Source: Nitrosopumilus sp. | GTDB taxonomy: Archaea > Thermoproteota > Nitrososphaeria > Nitrososphaerales > Nitrosopumilaceae | Direction of reading: 5' to 3' | Assembly: GCA_965223425.1 (NCBI GenBank) | Contig: OZ245003.1 | Location: forward strand, 1,376,001 to 1,440,000 | DNA length: 64,000 bases | In this document: piece by piece, positions 29,922-40,709 of the stretch | Numbering within the stretch: the stretch's first letter is position 1 | Layout of the letters: each line of letters opens with the position of its first letter | Program-made: the position numbers and the translations under genes | Notes under the pieces: model-generated | Database searches by the model: none | Told to the model about the DNA's origin: nothing | What the model saw: only the letters and a program-made list of their open reading frames with translations

Positions 29922-31802
29922 CTATCTTGTATGTTTTGACAGTTTACTAAATTTTTCATATGCGTTATTGGCAGCGTCTTTGATTTTGTCTAGTGACAAT
30001 ATTTTTCCATCCATGAATGTATTGTAGAAAACTTTGATTGATATTTCGGGAGTGATACGCTGTGTGCCTGATTTATTAAACAGTACTGCAATCTCACCAT
30101 ATGTAGACATTATCACTGATGTTGGACAATTCTCTATTTGTGACATTTTTGCCGCATCTTCGAATGCATTTTCAAGTTTGATTACACATGAATTGTAATC
30201 TGATTCAAAACGACCATATTTTTTTTCGCCCAATATGGCGTATTGAAAATCGCCGTCATAAAATTCATGTCTGGTACAGTGAATGTCAGAAATACTCCAT
30301 GTTCCATTTTTTGTCACAATGCAAGACAGGGACTCAACAAACCGAGACTTTTCAGACAGCGGTGCAATAGCTATGCCTCCTTTACCATATCCAAGAATAA
30401 ATGGTTTATTGTGTTTCATGGCTAGTTTTTTTGCGTCAGAGAATGCACCAGACAACTGTATCCTTCCTTCTGAGAGAAATCCAAGTCCTCCATATTCGAT
30501 TATGCCTTTTGTCAGACAATCATATGCCCTTGGAACCATCTCATCTATAGTATAACCACTAAATGCAACCTCGTCCCAAAACTCTTCTTTGAGCATTTTT
30601 TCTATTTCTTCTTGACTAAATCTATCTTTCCAATGATCAAGTTTTTTTCTTGGAGTTATCCCACACACTGGTATGTATGGATAGCACCCCCATAGATTTG
30701 GAATTAGAACTATACTACATTCTTCATCTTTGTGTATGAAAAATGACATGTTGTGCTTTTTTGCCATGTTTGAGGCGTCTTGTAGCATGTCTTTGATCTT
30801 ATTTTTGTCCCACGAAGAATCCAGTTTGCCATATGACTTTGTAATTTGACGGCTTTCATATCTGACGCAAAATAGAGCGAACGTCTTTTTTGCTACATTC
30901 TTAATTTCATCAACACATAATATGCTACTATCCAAAAACTCGTTTGGTCGTACTGTGACAAATGAATTATCAAGTCCATGTGTATTTTTACATACTTTTA
31001 TTGCATCATAGTATTTGTTCTCTTTTTCGCTGTAACTTCTAGTCAAACCTATCGAAAACTCCTCGTTAAAAAAAGAAGACATTTTTGCTGCATCCTCAAA
31101 TGCATTTTCCAGTTTTATGATGCAATTAGTCTGTTCTGCATCAAATGCACCATATTTTCTTTCCTTACTGATGATGGCATTGGATAATTGCTCATGTAGT
31201 GACTTATCTGTTGGATTGCTAGAAAGCACATAAGAGTGCATATCTGAAACATTCCAACACCGTTTGTTATTACCAATTATGCATGCAAGCGGATCTATGA
31301 ATCTGGATATCTTAGATATTGGAGCGATTACCAATTCGTCTTTACAGTATCCCAAAACAAAGGGTTTTTTGTGCAAGTTGATCATGTTATGAGCATCAGT
31401 AAATGCATGGAATAATTTCTTTGTTATTTTATCACTATCCATGGAACCTGTCAGCTGACCATATCTCTTTATGCCGTAAACTATGCAGTCATGTACTCTT
31501 GGAACCATCTCATCTAAAGTATAACAGTTACATGCATCATCCTCAAATTCCTTTTTTAGATGTTCAATTATTTTCTCTTGGTTGTACTTTTTGATCTCCT
31601 CAGTTACTATGGGTTTTGTTACCGTACATGCAAGTATGTAGAATGGGTACGATTCAGAACGCGTAGATAGAATTATTTCATTCCAATCTATTCCCACGTA
31701 AACTGGTTCATTGTGGATTTTACACATATTTGATGCATATTCAAGCAATGAACGGAATTTAGCTTTGTTCCATGAAGAGTTGACATTACCATATGATTTC
31801 AC
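29922..31802 (-). CDS. Hypothetical internally duplicated protein
   Basis: 626 aa ORF with two similar halves (KSYG..SSW.K, YT.DEMVPR..DC, IKLENAFEDAAKMS each twice). Confidence 0.75.
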   Translation of the reverse strand: MKSYGNVNSSWNKAKFRSLLEYASNMCKIHNEPVYVGIDWNEIILSTRSESYPFYILACTVTKPIVTEEIKKYNQEKIIEHLKKEFEDDACNCYTLDEMVPRVHDCIVYGIKRYGQLTGSMDSDKITKKLFHAFTDAHNMINLHKKPFVLGYCKDELVIAPISKISRFIDPLACIIGNNKRCWNVSDMHSYVLSSNPTDKSLHEQLSNAIISKERKYGAFDAEQTNCIIKLENAFEDAAKMSSFFNEEFSIGLTRSYSEKENKYYDAIKVCKNTHGLDNSFVTVRPNEFLDSSILCVDEIKNVAKKTFALFCVRYESRQITKSYGKLDSSWDKNKIKDMLQDASNMAKKHNMSFFIHKDEECSIVLIPNLWGCYPYIPVCGITPRKKLDHWKDRFSQEEIEKMLKEEFWDEVAFSGYTIDEMVPRAYDCLTKGIIEYGGLGFLSEGRIQLSGAFSDAKKLAMKHNKPFILGYGKGGIAIAPLSEKSRFVESLSCIVTKNGTWSISDIHCTRHEFYDGDFQYAILGEKKYGRFESDYNSCVIKLENAFEDAAKMSQIENCPTSVIMSTYGEIAVLFNKSGTQRITPEISIKVFYNTFMDGKILSLDKIKDAANNAYEKFSKLSKHTR

Positions 31803-32009
31803 AGAAAGATATTCTCTTCATGTTATTTGTATGTGTTCACAACGGGGTTCTCCCATACGAAATCGTCTCTTATCCTACTGCGGGCCATTCTCAGTGTGCT
31901 TTGCTGAATCAGGATGTTTCGGATTTGTTTTGCATCTTCCTATACTTTCTTTGCGTCAACTCATGATTCTGTGTACGGTATTCTTCCATGTTTGTTAGCA
32001 TGTACCAGA

Positions 32010-32228
32010 TTATCTCAAGCATCTGTCTTGCAGCGCTATCCTTGCCTTTTGTTTTCCTCTCCTTTTTGCAATTCTTGAATGAAATGATTCCATCCTTATA
32101 TCAAATTGTATCGTAGTGTTTGCAGCCTCTACCATTGCATTGCGTAGCCGTGCAGAATCCCGTTTTGTTATTCTGCCTCCTTTTTGCGTCTCTTCGTTGT
32201 CCCTGTGCGATGGTGCAAGTATTAGCAT
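32010..32228 (-). pseudogene. IS110-family transposase remnant
   Basis: GRITKR....LRNAMVEAA...RRGKQKARIA. Confidence 0.7.
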
Positions 32229-32389
32229 GTTGCACTATACTAGCTGGAGATCAGCTAAGCGAAGTGTGTCCCAAGCCTGAGATCATGTAGGCGGTTTGTA
32301 CTGGCGTATGGGAAGTGATTCCAACTGCACCTTACACGTAAGCATGGCCATGGCTCTGCCTTTCAGTGCAATCAGAAAGCATTGCCCTG

Positions 32390-32510
32390 ATGGTATTCTT
32401 ATCATTCAAACGGTTCTTTGGAGAATATGTGGTGGCTCACAAATTTTGTAACATGGTAAAGGAACTAAAAATCAAGGTGTCACTGTATAACTTGTTTGAG
32501 CACATGGTAA
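32390..32510 (+). pseudogene. IS5-family transposase C-terminal remnant
   Basis: VFLSFKRFFGEYV.A.KF.NMVKELKIKVSLYNL. Confidence 0.55.
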
Positions 32511-32682
32511 CCACCTCATCGTAGTTGTAGTGATGGAACGATTCCTGTACTAGTGTTTGATGAACAATGAATCATTGTTTGGTTGTGCAACGCAACAAAA
32601 CACGAAACAGTACTGGACAAAATCAAGTCACTCAAAAATCGTCTTGCGTATTACAGAAATGCCACCGAACCAACCTCGGTTT

Positions 32683-33027
32683 TCATTTTTCTGCCATCTC
32701 CCTTATTTTTTTGTCCGCTATCTGAAATGCAAGTTTTTCCAAGGTCTTGCCTCTCCTTGAATTCGGATTAAGCTTAAACATTATTGCCCTGCCTACGTTT
32801 CGTGTTCTGAGCAGAATTTTTTCTGACTCCAGACTGTGTACTACCCGTAGCGTGGTCTTTATACCGACGCCTGAAATGTCTGCAATGTCTACAATGGAAT
32901 AGTCAAACTCCTTCATGGCTATCATGTGATCCAGTATCCTGGATTCCGAGCAAGGAAAGATGCTTGCCATGGGGCCAACCTCCTGCAGCTGCTGGTCTGT
33001 TACCTGCGGAGCATGTCTTTTTGCCAT
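32683..33027 (-). CDS. Winged-helix DNA-binding protein
   Basis: RILDHM....FDYSIVDIADISGV...T......L......RNVGRA. Confidence 0.7.
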   Translation of the reverse strand: MAKRHAPQVTDQQLQEVGPMASIFPCSESRILDHMIAMKEFDYSIVDIADISGVGIKTTLRVVHSLESEKILLRTRNVGRAIMFKLNPNSRRGKTLEKLAFQIADKKIREMAEK

Positions 33028-33118
33028 GCCCTGTTACGGGTTACACCATATAAAAAATCACCCTGTATATGGTAATAAATTACCATATGATTATATCATA
33101 TCTGCCTGAATTTAAAAC

Positions 33119-33352
33119 GTGAAAGGCGGCAATATTGAAATCGCCGTACTGCGAAAGATGTATCTTCATGGCTATGGGCAAAAGACACACCTCATGGACA
33201 ATCTGCAAAAGAGTTTTCCAAAACATAAGCGCGGCAATGTAGACAAGACCGTAAAGAGACTGATCAAGAAAAACTGCATAATTGTAAAATCCACCGGCTA
33301 CGGGCAACATTGTTCGCTAAACACACAAAAAATCCATGAGATCATGCTGTGA
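33119..33352 (+). CDS. Small basic hypothetical protein
   Basis: 77 aa ORF divergent from the wHTH gene. Confidence 0.5.
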   Translation: MKGGNIEIAVLRKMYLHGYGQKTHLMDNLQKSFPKHKRGNVDKTVKRLIKKNCIIVKSTGYGQHCSLNTQKIHEIML

Positions 33353-33449
33353 TCTGTGGATCGGATCAGAACCTGAAATGACTTTACATTTGCTCCTCAT
33401 CTTAAAACCATAAATATGGCATGCCGTCATCCTCGTCAGGTAACAATTA

Positions 33450-33926
33450 TTGCGCTTAAAAATTCTAGTCTCGATTGCAGTTGTGGCAATTGCTGTGGCA
33501 GTTCTAGTAGGTGTTGCCTCCCAGCCATACATGCAGGTTGCAAGTACGCCCGAATCAATCGTGCAGGAGACAGTCAGACAGACAATCAGCATGTACGATG
33601 CAGACAACCACGGCACTCTTGAGAGGATTAGCGCAATGGCACTCACCGATCCCCATTATCCGTTTGTCCTGAATCCCGACTCGCTAGCTGTTGTGGCACA
33701 CGGCGCAAACCCGCATCTTGTAGGAACGCCCTCTGTACTACTTGCCAATGCAGACAGGCCAACTGAAGTGATCATTGCAGATCTAGAACTCTACGGGTAC
33801 ACATGGGCAGAATACGTGTTTAAAAATCCTCAGTCAGGCGCAGAGGAGTCCAAGCACTCTTATCTTGTACTGCATGACGGATACATCTTTGGCTCCGGAT
33901 ACTATATGACGACTCCTGCGCCCTAA
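33450..33926 (+). CDS. Exported single Cache-domain protein
   Basis: Signal/TM; YPFVL...VVAHGANP.LVG...WAEY.F.NP....E.K.SY....DGYIFGSGYY. Confidence 0.8.
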   Translation: MRLKILVSIAVVAIAVAVLVGVASQPYMQVASTPESIVQETVRQTISMYDADNHGTLERISAMALTDPHYPFVLNPDSLAVVAHGANPHLVGTPSVLLANADRPTEVIIADLELYGYTWAEYVFKNPQSGAEESKHSYLVLHDGYIFGSGYYMTTPAP

Positions 33927-34106
33927 GCAAGTACATGATATTGCATCTGTTAGATAGGCTTTCTTGATTAATGCCGGCAAACTGTATCAGGCAGTTTACC
34001 AAAATGCAGGTCTTCTGCGCAAATCAGTTCTTATGGCCAGATAGCGCAAATTCTGCATCTTTCCATGACTGTTTCAGCAGGAAGTCTTTTTTTTGATGTA
34101 TATAGG

Positions 34107-34180
34107 CGCCGCCCATCAGACTTGAACTGACGACCGTCCGATTAACAGTCGGATGCTCTACCACGCTGAGCTAGGGCGGC
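34107..34180 (-). tRNA. tRNA-Asn(GTT)
   Basis: GCCGCCC acceptor stem, TAGCTCAG D arm, anticodon loop CT-GTT-AA, GTTCAA T loop. Confidence 0.95.
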
Positions 34181-34253
34181 AACACGTTTGTACCTTGGTA
34201 AAAGTGATTTAATCCTTGCGACTATTCAAAACAGGCCCAAATTCAATCATCTG

Positions 34254-34541
34254 TCAGTTAAACTTGGAAAAGAACTCTTTGATTTCTTTTGAGTGGCCCT
34301 CTACTAACTCAATTATCTCCAGATGCTCACCAGGTGTGGGCTCTCTTTTGTGAACGACCTGAAACGCGCCAAGTGCCGAGCCTACCATCTCCCCTACAAA
34401 AAACCCGCACAAAAAATCGCCAACATTTGCACAATCCCATATATCCCCGACTCTGGGCGAGGCCCCTGATGTCTTGTATAGCTCCAATGTCTGCCTAATC
34501 AAACTCACTGTTTGCTTTGCAAATTCAGGATCAAGGGCCAT
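34254..34541 (-). CDS. Hypothetical protein
   Basis: Clean 95 aa ORF at the end of the r-protein operon. Confidence 0.7.
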   Translation of the reverse strand: MALDPEFAKQTVSLIRQTLELYKTSGASPRVGDIWDCANVGDFLCGFFVGEMVGSALGAFQVVHKREPTPGEHLEIIELVEGHSKEIKEFFSKFN

Positions 34542-34558
34542 GCAAAAAGTCAGAAATT

Positions 34559-35119
34559 TTACTTGCCATCAATGCCTTTTCTCTTCTCATAGACGTAGAT
34601 GCCGTCTAGGAAGACCCTGTGATCCTTGTCTTTCACCTTGGTTTTTAACTCAATGTTTGCCGCAGTCTGCGTGATGTCTGTCCAGACCTCGCCGGTAAGA
34701 ATTACATCCTCGCCCTTTGGTGTTACCTTTGTATTTCCGACAATTTGCGTGCTTCTTGCCGCACGCTCCCCTTGAAAGTTTTCAATCAGGACTGTCCTCC
34801 CATCCACTTTGACTGTGATTGGAAAATGTGCAAAGACAACTTTCATCCTGACTGTGTATCCCTCTGTCAGGCCTTCACAGATGTTCCTGATGACTGATCT
34901 TGCAGTGTGCAGTATGGAGTAGTCCCTTTTTCTGAACCCCTTTGTCTTTAGCAAAATTCTGTTCTCCTGAATTTCTATGTTTACTGGAATCTCGCGAAAG
35001 CTCTTGAAGGTTTTGCCTAAAGGACCTGTAAACCCCAGCATGTGTTTTTTCTGCGTAACCTTGACTCCCTCTGGAATGGCTACCTCGTCTTGAAACTTTT
35101 CAGCCTGGTTAGTAGACAT
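34559..35119 (-). CDS. rpl6: Ribosomal protein uL6
   Basis: FAHFPI, ENFQGE, DHRVFLDGIY; operon order. Confidence 0.95.
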   Translation of the reverse strand: MSTNQAEKFQDEVAIPEGVKVTQKKHMLGFTGPLGKTFKSFREIPVNIEIQENRILLKTKGFRKRDYSILHTARSVIRNICEGLTEGYTVRMKVVFAHFPITVKVDGRTVLIENFQGERAARSTQIVGNTKVTPKGEDVILTGEVWTDITQTAANIELKTKVKDKDHRVFLDGIYVYEKRKGIDGK

Positions 35120-35501
35120 ACCCTATCAAGAACCCCCCTATTCCTTTTTGCACTGCCTCATGATGGGACATTACCCCCTGGTTTGTTGTAACTAGAAGCA
35201 TCCCCCTGTTGTATGCCGGCAGGTACTGCTGCTCCCAGCTGGTAAACTCGTCGTTTTTTACTTTGAACCTCGGAGAGATTGCCCCGCACTTTGTTATCTT
35301 TGCCAACAGGTTTATCTTGAATTTTCCGCCCCTTTTATCATCGACATGTTCAAACTCCCCAATGTATCCGTCTCTCTGCAGAGTCTTTAGCACCTCAATT
35401 CCCAGTTTTGAGGTCGGAAGAACCGTACACTCGTTTCTCCTTCTTGCCTCATTGTTGTATAGCGTGACAAACAGGTTTGCCAAAATATTGGTTGCAGGCA
35501 T
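35109..35501 (-). CDS. rps8: Ribosomal protein uS8
   Basis: GYIGEFE, KCGAISPRF, TTNQGVMSH. Confidence 0.95.
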   Translation of the reverse strand: MPATNILANLFVTLYNNEARRRNECTVLPTSKLGIEVLKTLQRDGYIGEFEHVDDKRGGKFKINLLAKITKCGAISPRFKVKNDEFTSWEQQYLPAYNRGMLLVTTNQGVMSHHEAVQKGIGGFLIGYVY

Positions 35502-35505
35502 AATA

Positions 35506-35685
35506 TCACTTGTTTTTCCTAAACCCCAACGACGTTGCCACCTCTCTGAAGCATCTTCTGCATATCATTAAATCGTATTTCTGTATGACTGCCGTATAGT
35601 CCCCGCATCTTTTGCACCATCTTGAACCCCTGCCAAACTCGTGCTTTTTTCTTCCAGTAAACTCGTATGATCTGTCCTTTGCCAT
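35506..35685 (-). CDS. rps14: Ribosomal protein uS14 (absent from the ORF track)
   Basis: FGRGSRWCKRCG....IQKYDLMICRRCFREVA. Confidence 0.95.
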   Translation of the reverse strand: MAKDRSYEFTGRKKHEFGRGSRWCKRCGDYTAVIQKYDLMICRRCFREVATSLGFRKNK

Positions 35686-36206
35686 TATGCTACAGTCACT
35701 CCGAATTCTTTTGCCAGATAATCCTTTGCTTCCTGGCTTGTAATGACGTGGTGTTTTCCAACGCTTGCCTTGTGCTTGCTTCTTTTTCTGATCCCGTATC
35801 CCGGCCTTGCCAATGCAACTGAGACTCCCAGTCCCAAAATTCCAATCTGCGGATCATACTTTACGCCGGGAATGTCTATGTGCTCTTTGATTCCAAAAGA
35901 ATAATTCCCAAAGCTGTCAAATGACTTGCCGTTGACGGTGTTTCCTTTTGCGTCAAGCAGCCGTATTAGCAGTGCCCTGGCATCCTCGCCGCGAACAGTC
36001 ACTGCTGCCCCGATTGGCTCGCCCTTTCTGATCCCCCAGTCCCTCTGCGTTTCCCTTGCGTTGCGTGAACATGATTTTTTTCCTGAGATCTGATCAAGTG
36101 CCTTTTTTGCAATATCAATTGCGTCTCCGGACTTGCCTACGCCCATGTTTAGGACAATTTTTTCTAGAACAATTTTTTTCATTGGGGACTCTGTTGTTTG
36201 GGACAT
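35685..36206 (-). CDS. rpl5: Ribosomal protein uL5
   Basis: KIVLNMGVG, GNYSFGIKEHID. Confidence 0.95.
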   Translation of the reverse strand: MSQTTESPMKKIVLEKIVLNMGVGKSGDAIDIAKKALDQISGKKSCSRNARETQRDWGIRKGEPIGAAVTVRGEDARALLIRLLDAKGNTVNGKSFDSFGNYSFGIKEHIDIPGVKYDPQIGILGLGVSVALARPGYGIRKRSKHKASVGKHHVITSQEAKDYLAKEFGVTVA

Positions 36207-36210
36207 GTTA

Positions 36211-36926
36211 TCACTTTAATTGAATTGCCGGCTCCTCTTTTCCTATTGCCATTATGATGTCAGACGGAATCTCGATCTTTCTATTCCCTAATACGAGAAC
36301 TGCCCTCTTTGGAAGAATGAATGTCCCCTCTTCCAGGCTTTCTACCTTGCCTATCTGTCCTGCATTAACTCCGCGCGTTACCAGGCACTGGCAACCTGCC
36401 TCTAGCTTGATTGTCTCAAGAATTTTTTGATCTGGAACCTGTATAAGACACGTGTCTCCGACGTTTATTTTGGTGTCCGAAATTGTTGAACGCCCGTCAT
36501 GGAATCCGATCTGCATTTTTCCTTTGTTGATTGTAGTCTTGCTTATCACCCTGACAAGTTTTTTTGTTTTTTCTGACTCGTTAATTTTGATTGGTTTTAG
36601 CAGCTTGTCCTCTGATGGAACAAGACGGTAGACATCTGAGACGTTTTCTAGCTCCACCACGTCCATTAGCCCGATTGCGTGATGCAGCGACTTTCTTACA
36701 ACCCCGTCAATTTTTACCTTACCTGAATATATCGAGGCCTTTGCCTCTCTGAGACTAGAGACGATCTTTAGCATGTCCCTTAGAAATACTGCTGTAGGTA
36801 CTGCGCGGTTCTTTTTGTGCGGGCCCGGTCTTACTGTAATTACGAACCTCTTGCTTTTTCTTGTAATTCCCCAAAACTGCGGAGCCATTTGGCGTTTGAG
36901 TTTTTTACTGCCAGACACGCTTACCA

Positions 36927-36927
<1 letters not shown>
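36211..36927 (-). CDS. rps4e: Ribosomal protein eS4
   Basis: LKRQMAP.FW, PGPH, HDGR. Confidence 0.95.
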
Positions 36928-37538
<611 letters not shown>

Positions 37539-37542
37539 TTTG

Positions 37543-37965
37543 TCATACCACCATTGATGCCAGGTTAGCTACCCTTGGCCACTTTTCTGAGGCTTCTGCT
37601 GCAACCGGTCCCTTGATGTCAGTTCCCCTTGTTTCCCCTTCGGGAGTAATTAGAACTGCCGCGTTGTCTTCAAAACAGACCCTTACGCCATTTAACCTGC
37701 GAACCGCATACTTTTGTCTAATTATAACTGCGCCATGCACCTGCTTTCTTAGCTCTGCCGGCCCCTTTTTTACAACCACGTTGCAAAAATCCCCCACTGA
37801 TGCTGATGGAAGTCGTGACGCTCTGGTTTTGTGTCTTGGAACATTGATTACTTCCAAAATCTTGGCGCCAGAATTGTCAGCACATGTAATTTCTGCACCA
37901 ACTGGAATTACTTTGGTCACGTATGGACGAAATTCCTCTACTCCCTTGCCTGCCTGTTTTGCCAT
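37543..37965 (-). CDS. rpl14: Ribosomal protein uL14
   Basis: [21 protein letters not shown]. Confidence 0.97.
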   Translation of the reverse strand: MAKQAGKGVEEFRPYVTKVIPVGAEITCADNSGAKILEVINVPRHKTRASRLPSASVGDFCNVVVKKGPAELRKQVHGAVIIRQKYAVRRLNGVRVCFEDNAAVLITPEGETRGTDIKGPVAAEASEKWPRVANLASMVV

Positions 37966-38288
37966 TATGACTTAACCTCCACCACCACATACGATACGGA
38001 TTTTGATATTGGCCTGCACTCTGCAGTCAGTACGTAGTCCCCCAGCTCTGTGTCAATGCAGCCTGGCACGTGCGCATGAATCGTGCTCTTGCTTCTTGCG
38101 TATCTTTTAAACTTGTTAAAGTAGACTGGCGCCTCTTTTTGCAGCGTGATCGTCTGCTTTGCTTTGTTGCCTGTCACTTTGCCGTCAAAGAGCTTTCCTC
38201 TTACTGATAGGCTGCCATGGAACGGGCAGTTTCTATCTGCACATTCCTTTTTTGGCTCTTTTATTTTTAATCCGATGTTCAGGGTCAT
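37965..38288 (-). CDS. rps17: Ribosomal protein uS17
   Basis: CPFHGSLSVRG, ECRPISKS. Confidence 0.95.
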   Translation of the reverse strand: MTLNIGLKIKEPKKECADRNCPFHGSLSVRGKLFDGKVTGNKAKQTITLQKEAPVYFNKFKRYARSKSTIHAHVPGCIDTELGDYVLTAECRPISKSVSYVVVEVKS

Positions 38289-38554
38289 GCTTTTGCCCCC
38301 CCTATTCTGTCAAACGGCCTCTTTGCAATCTTTGAGCCATCAACTATGATCTCCTTGCCCCCGATTGAAAACCTCCAGCTGTTGTGTGACTTTGCCACTG
38401 ACTTTGCTCCTTTTTGCGTGTTAATCCTAAACATGGATTTTGTTTCATCAACTATTCTTCCATTTAATCCTATAATTTGTGGGTTTGTTGACTGGATAAT
38501 CTCCGTATCTAGCCCGATAAACTCGTGTGATGTGATGTTCTCTGCCGTAATCAT
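38285..38554 (-). CDS. rnp1: RNase P protein subunit Rnp1 (p29)
   Basis: HEFIGL, GRIVDETK, RPFDRI; operon position. Confidence 0.9.
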   Translation of the reverse strand: MITAENITSHEFIGLDTEIIQSTNPQIIGLNGRIVDETKSMFRINTQKGAKSVAKSHNSWRFSIGGKEIIVDGSKIAKRPFDRIGGAKA

Positions 38555-38757
38555 TTCTCTCTTCTCATCTCGTTTAGCCTGGTCAGCATTCTTGCAATGT
38601 CATGGCGGAGCGGTTTTAGTTTTCCGCTCTTTTTTCTTAGCGTGCCTTTGGCCCCGTCTACCCTAAGCTTTGTGAGTTCGCTCCGGGCCTCCTGAACCTT
38701 GCTTTTAAGATCTTTCTCGTTTAAATGCCTGATAGTTTTCATGCTGATTCTTGTCAT
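38551..38757 (-). CDS. rpl29: Ribosomal protein uL29
   Basis: LRHDIARMLT; operon position. Confidence 0.92.
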   Translation of the reverse strand: MTRISMKTIRHLNEKDLKSKVQEARSELTKLRVDGAKGTLRKKSGKLKPLRHDIARMLTRLNEMRREK

Positions 38758-39536
38758 TATTTCATCTTTGCCTCCTCTTCCTCAAGCGTCTCGATTGTCT
38801 CCATCTTCTTTTGCTCGATCTCTATTACTTCTGACTCTGACTCGGCCTTGTCGTCTTTGCCCTCAGCCTTGATGGCCTCCACCTTGACATCCTTGATCTC
38901 CACTTTTTCCACCTTGATTGGTTTTTGCGTCTCTTTTTGCTCCTTGACCTTCTTTAGCTCAAATTCCGGGACAAGCTTTTCTTTTCTTGCAATTCTTATT
39001 CTGATGCCAATTAGCCCCATCGAAGTCTTTACATGCGCAATATCCTCATCAACGATGGTCTCTGCATGGTGTCCTGCCCGGGGCAGGATGCCTGCCGTGT
39101 GCTTTTCAAATGCTGAACGATCTCCCCTGAGTTTTCCAGAGATGGTTATCTGGACTCCCATGGCGCCGTTTTCCATTATTTGCTTTAGTGTCCACATTGT
39201 TGCCCTTCTAAATGCCGTTCCGCGCTCTATGTGGGATGCCATTCTGTTGCACATCACGCTTGGCGACAGCTCCGGCCTGTCAATTTCCACTACTGAGACT
39301 TGCGGGTTTTTTAATCCAAAGTCTGCTGCAAGCTTGTCTGTCAGGGCTCTGATTCCAGAACCCTTTCTGCCAATCACGATTCCCGGTCTTGTCACGTGCA
39401 GTGCAACCCTGGTTCCAGTCGGCGTCTTTGATATCTCTGCATGCGAAAAACCTGCGTCCTTGATTGCGTCTCTGAGATAGTCCTTGAGAAGCATCATGTT
39501 GTAGTTGTCCTTGATCACGTTTTTCACTGCCGACAT
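38757..39536 (-). CDS. rps3: Ribosomal protein uS3
   Basis: [12 protein letters not shown] motif, ISGKL. Confidence 0.97.
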   Translation of the reverse strand: MSAVKNVIKDNYNMMLLKDYLRDAIKDAGFSHAEISKTPTGTRVALHVTRPGIVIGRKGSGIRALTDKLAADFGLKNPQVSVVEIDRPELSPSVMCNRMASHIERGTAFRRATMWTLKQIMENGAMGVQITISGKLRGDRSAFEKHTAGILPRAGHHAETIVDEDIAHVKTSMGLIGIRIRIARKEKLVPEFELKKVKEQKETQKPIKVEKVEIKDVKVEAIKAEGKDDKAESESEVIEIEQKKMETIETLEEEEAKMK

Positions 39537-39538
39537 GT

Positions 39539-39997
39539 CTAAACCTCCTGACCCACCAATTCCACGTGGGTCAACACGTTGTTTTTTGGGGTTGCCCTTC
39601 CCATTGCCCTTGGAATGAATCTTTTTACAGTTACGCCCTTGTGCACTGTTGCATTTACAATCTTCAGCCTGTCCAGGTCCATTCCCTTGTATTCTGCATT
39701 TGATTCCAAGTTGTCTAAAACCTTGACGAACTCCTTGGCTGTTTTTTGCGGATACCTGCCTGCCATCATTCCAGGATCTGCCTTGTGCCCTACCTGGTTC
39801 TTGAATCGCCTAAATGCCACTGCCCTGTCCTTGCTGATTACTGCGTGAAGGTAGTCCCTTGCCTTCTCAATTGAGAGTCCCTTGATTGCAACTGCCACTT
39901 CGCGCGCATGCTTGTGCGAAATGCCCTTTTCTCTTAATGACGAACGCACGTGTCTTGTCGCGTCATAATTTTGGAAAGCGTAACCGAACCTACCCAT
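39539..39997 (-). CDS. rpl22: Ribosomal protein uL22
   Basis: GRYPQK, NAEYKG, PRAMGRA. Confidence 0.95.
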   Translation of the reverse strand: MGRFGYAFQNYDATRHVRSSLREKGISHKHAREVAVAIKGLSIEKARDYLHAVISKDRAVAFRRFKNQVGHKADPGMMAGRYPQKTAKEFVKVLDNLESNAEYKGMDLDRLKIVNATVHKGVTVKRFIPRAMGRATPKNNVLTHVELVGQEV

Positions 39998-40002
39998 AAT
40001 GA

Positions 40003-40398
40003 TCACTTTAGCGGCACGTAAAGACTGGATCTTGATGCCCCGACACCGGGTGCACCATGCGAGACTTTTTTGTTTGTTATGACATATTCTCCCAGGTAAT
40101 GCCCAATCATCTCTGTTCTGATTACGACCGGCCTGAACTCTTTTCCTGAAAAAACATTTACTGTAACATCTACCATGTAGGGCAGAATGATCAAATCCCT
40201 CACGTGGGTTTTGATTGGGTTCTTTAACTTGCCTGCTTTTGCAGATTTTATCTCTTCTATTAGCTTTCTTTTGCCGTCAGTGATTCCTCGGGTAAGGGAT
40301 CTTCTCTGTCTGGCGTTAAATAATCGGAATAGCTTCTCCAAAGACATGCCGCCTAGTTCCTCCTTTGGAATCCCCCTGTACAAAAATTCTTTAACCAT
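40003..40398 (-). CDS. rps19: Ribosomal protein uS19
   Basis: IKTHVRD, EMIGHYLGE, GASRSS. Confidence 0.97.
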   Translation of the reverse strand: MVKEFLYRGIPKEELGGMSLEKLFRLFNARQRRSLTRGITDGKRKLIEEIKSAKAGKLKNPIKTHVRDLIILPYMVDVTVNVFSGKEFRPVVIRTEMIGHYLGEYVITNKKVSHGAPGVGASRSSLYVPLK

Positions 40399-40442
40399 TC
40401 TTTTTCTCCTCTGTTGGTGTTCTTCGAGTTTTACGGTCCATA

Positions 40443-40709
40443 TTATAGCATTCCTATCTTTGTTGCCAAACCCCTGGCCTTTTCTGTATTTTCAAACTGA
40501 ACAAATGCCTTTTTGCCATAAATTGTCCTTGCGGTGTTTACGTTGATGGCATTTTCGTTGTAAAGTGTTTTAACGGCCTCAACAATTTGCGGCTTGCTTG
40601 CTGAAATTTCTACGATAAAACAAATCTTTCTCTCGTTTTCCACCATCGCAAATGTCTTTTCTGTAATGTACGGCTTGACAACAATCCTGCTTGCCTGATC
40701 TACGTTCAT
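40443..40709 (-). CDS. rpl23: Ribosomal protein uL23
   Basis: PYITEK, VNT, KKAFV. Confidence 0.95.
   Translation of the reverse strand: MNVDQASRIVVKPYITEKTFAMVENERKICFIVEISASKPQIVEAVKTLYNENAINVNTARTIYGKKAFVQFENTEKARGLATKIGML

Noticed and set aside
34105-34180. tRNA-Asn as att site for the integrase island
   Set aside because: No duplicated tRNA 3' end found by eye in the window, so island boundaries are unsupported
40399-40442. rpl2 missing between rpl23 and rps19
   Set aside because: Relocation of rpl2 is common in TACK archaea; no remnant here
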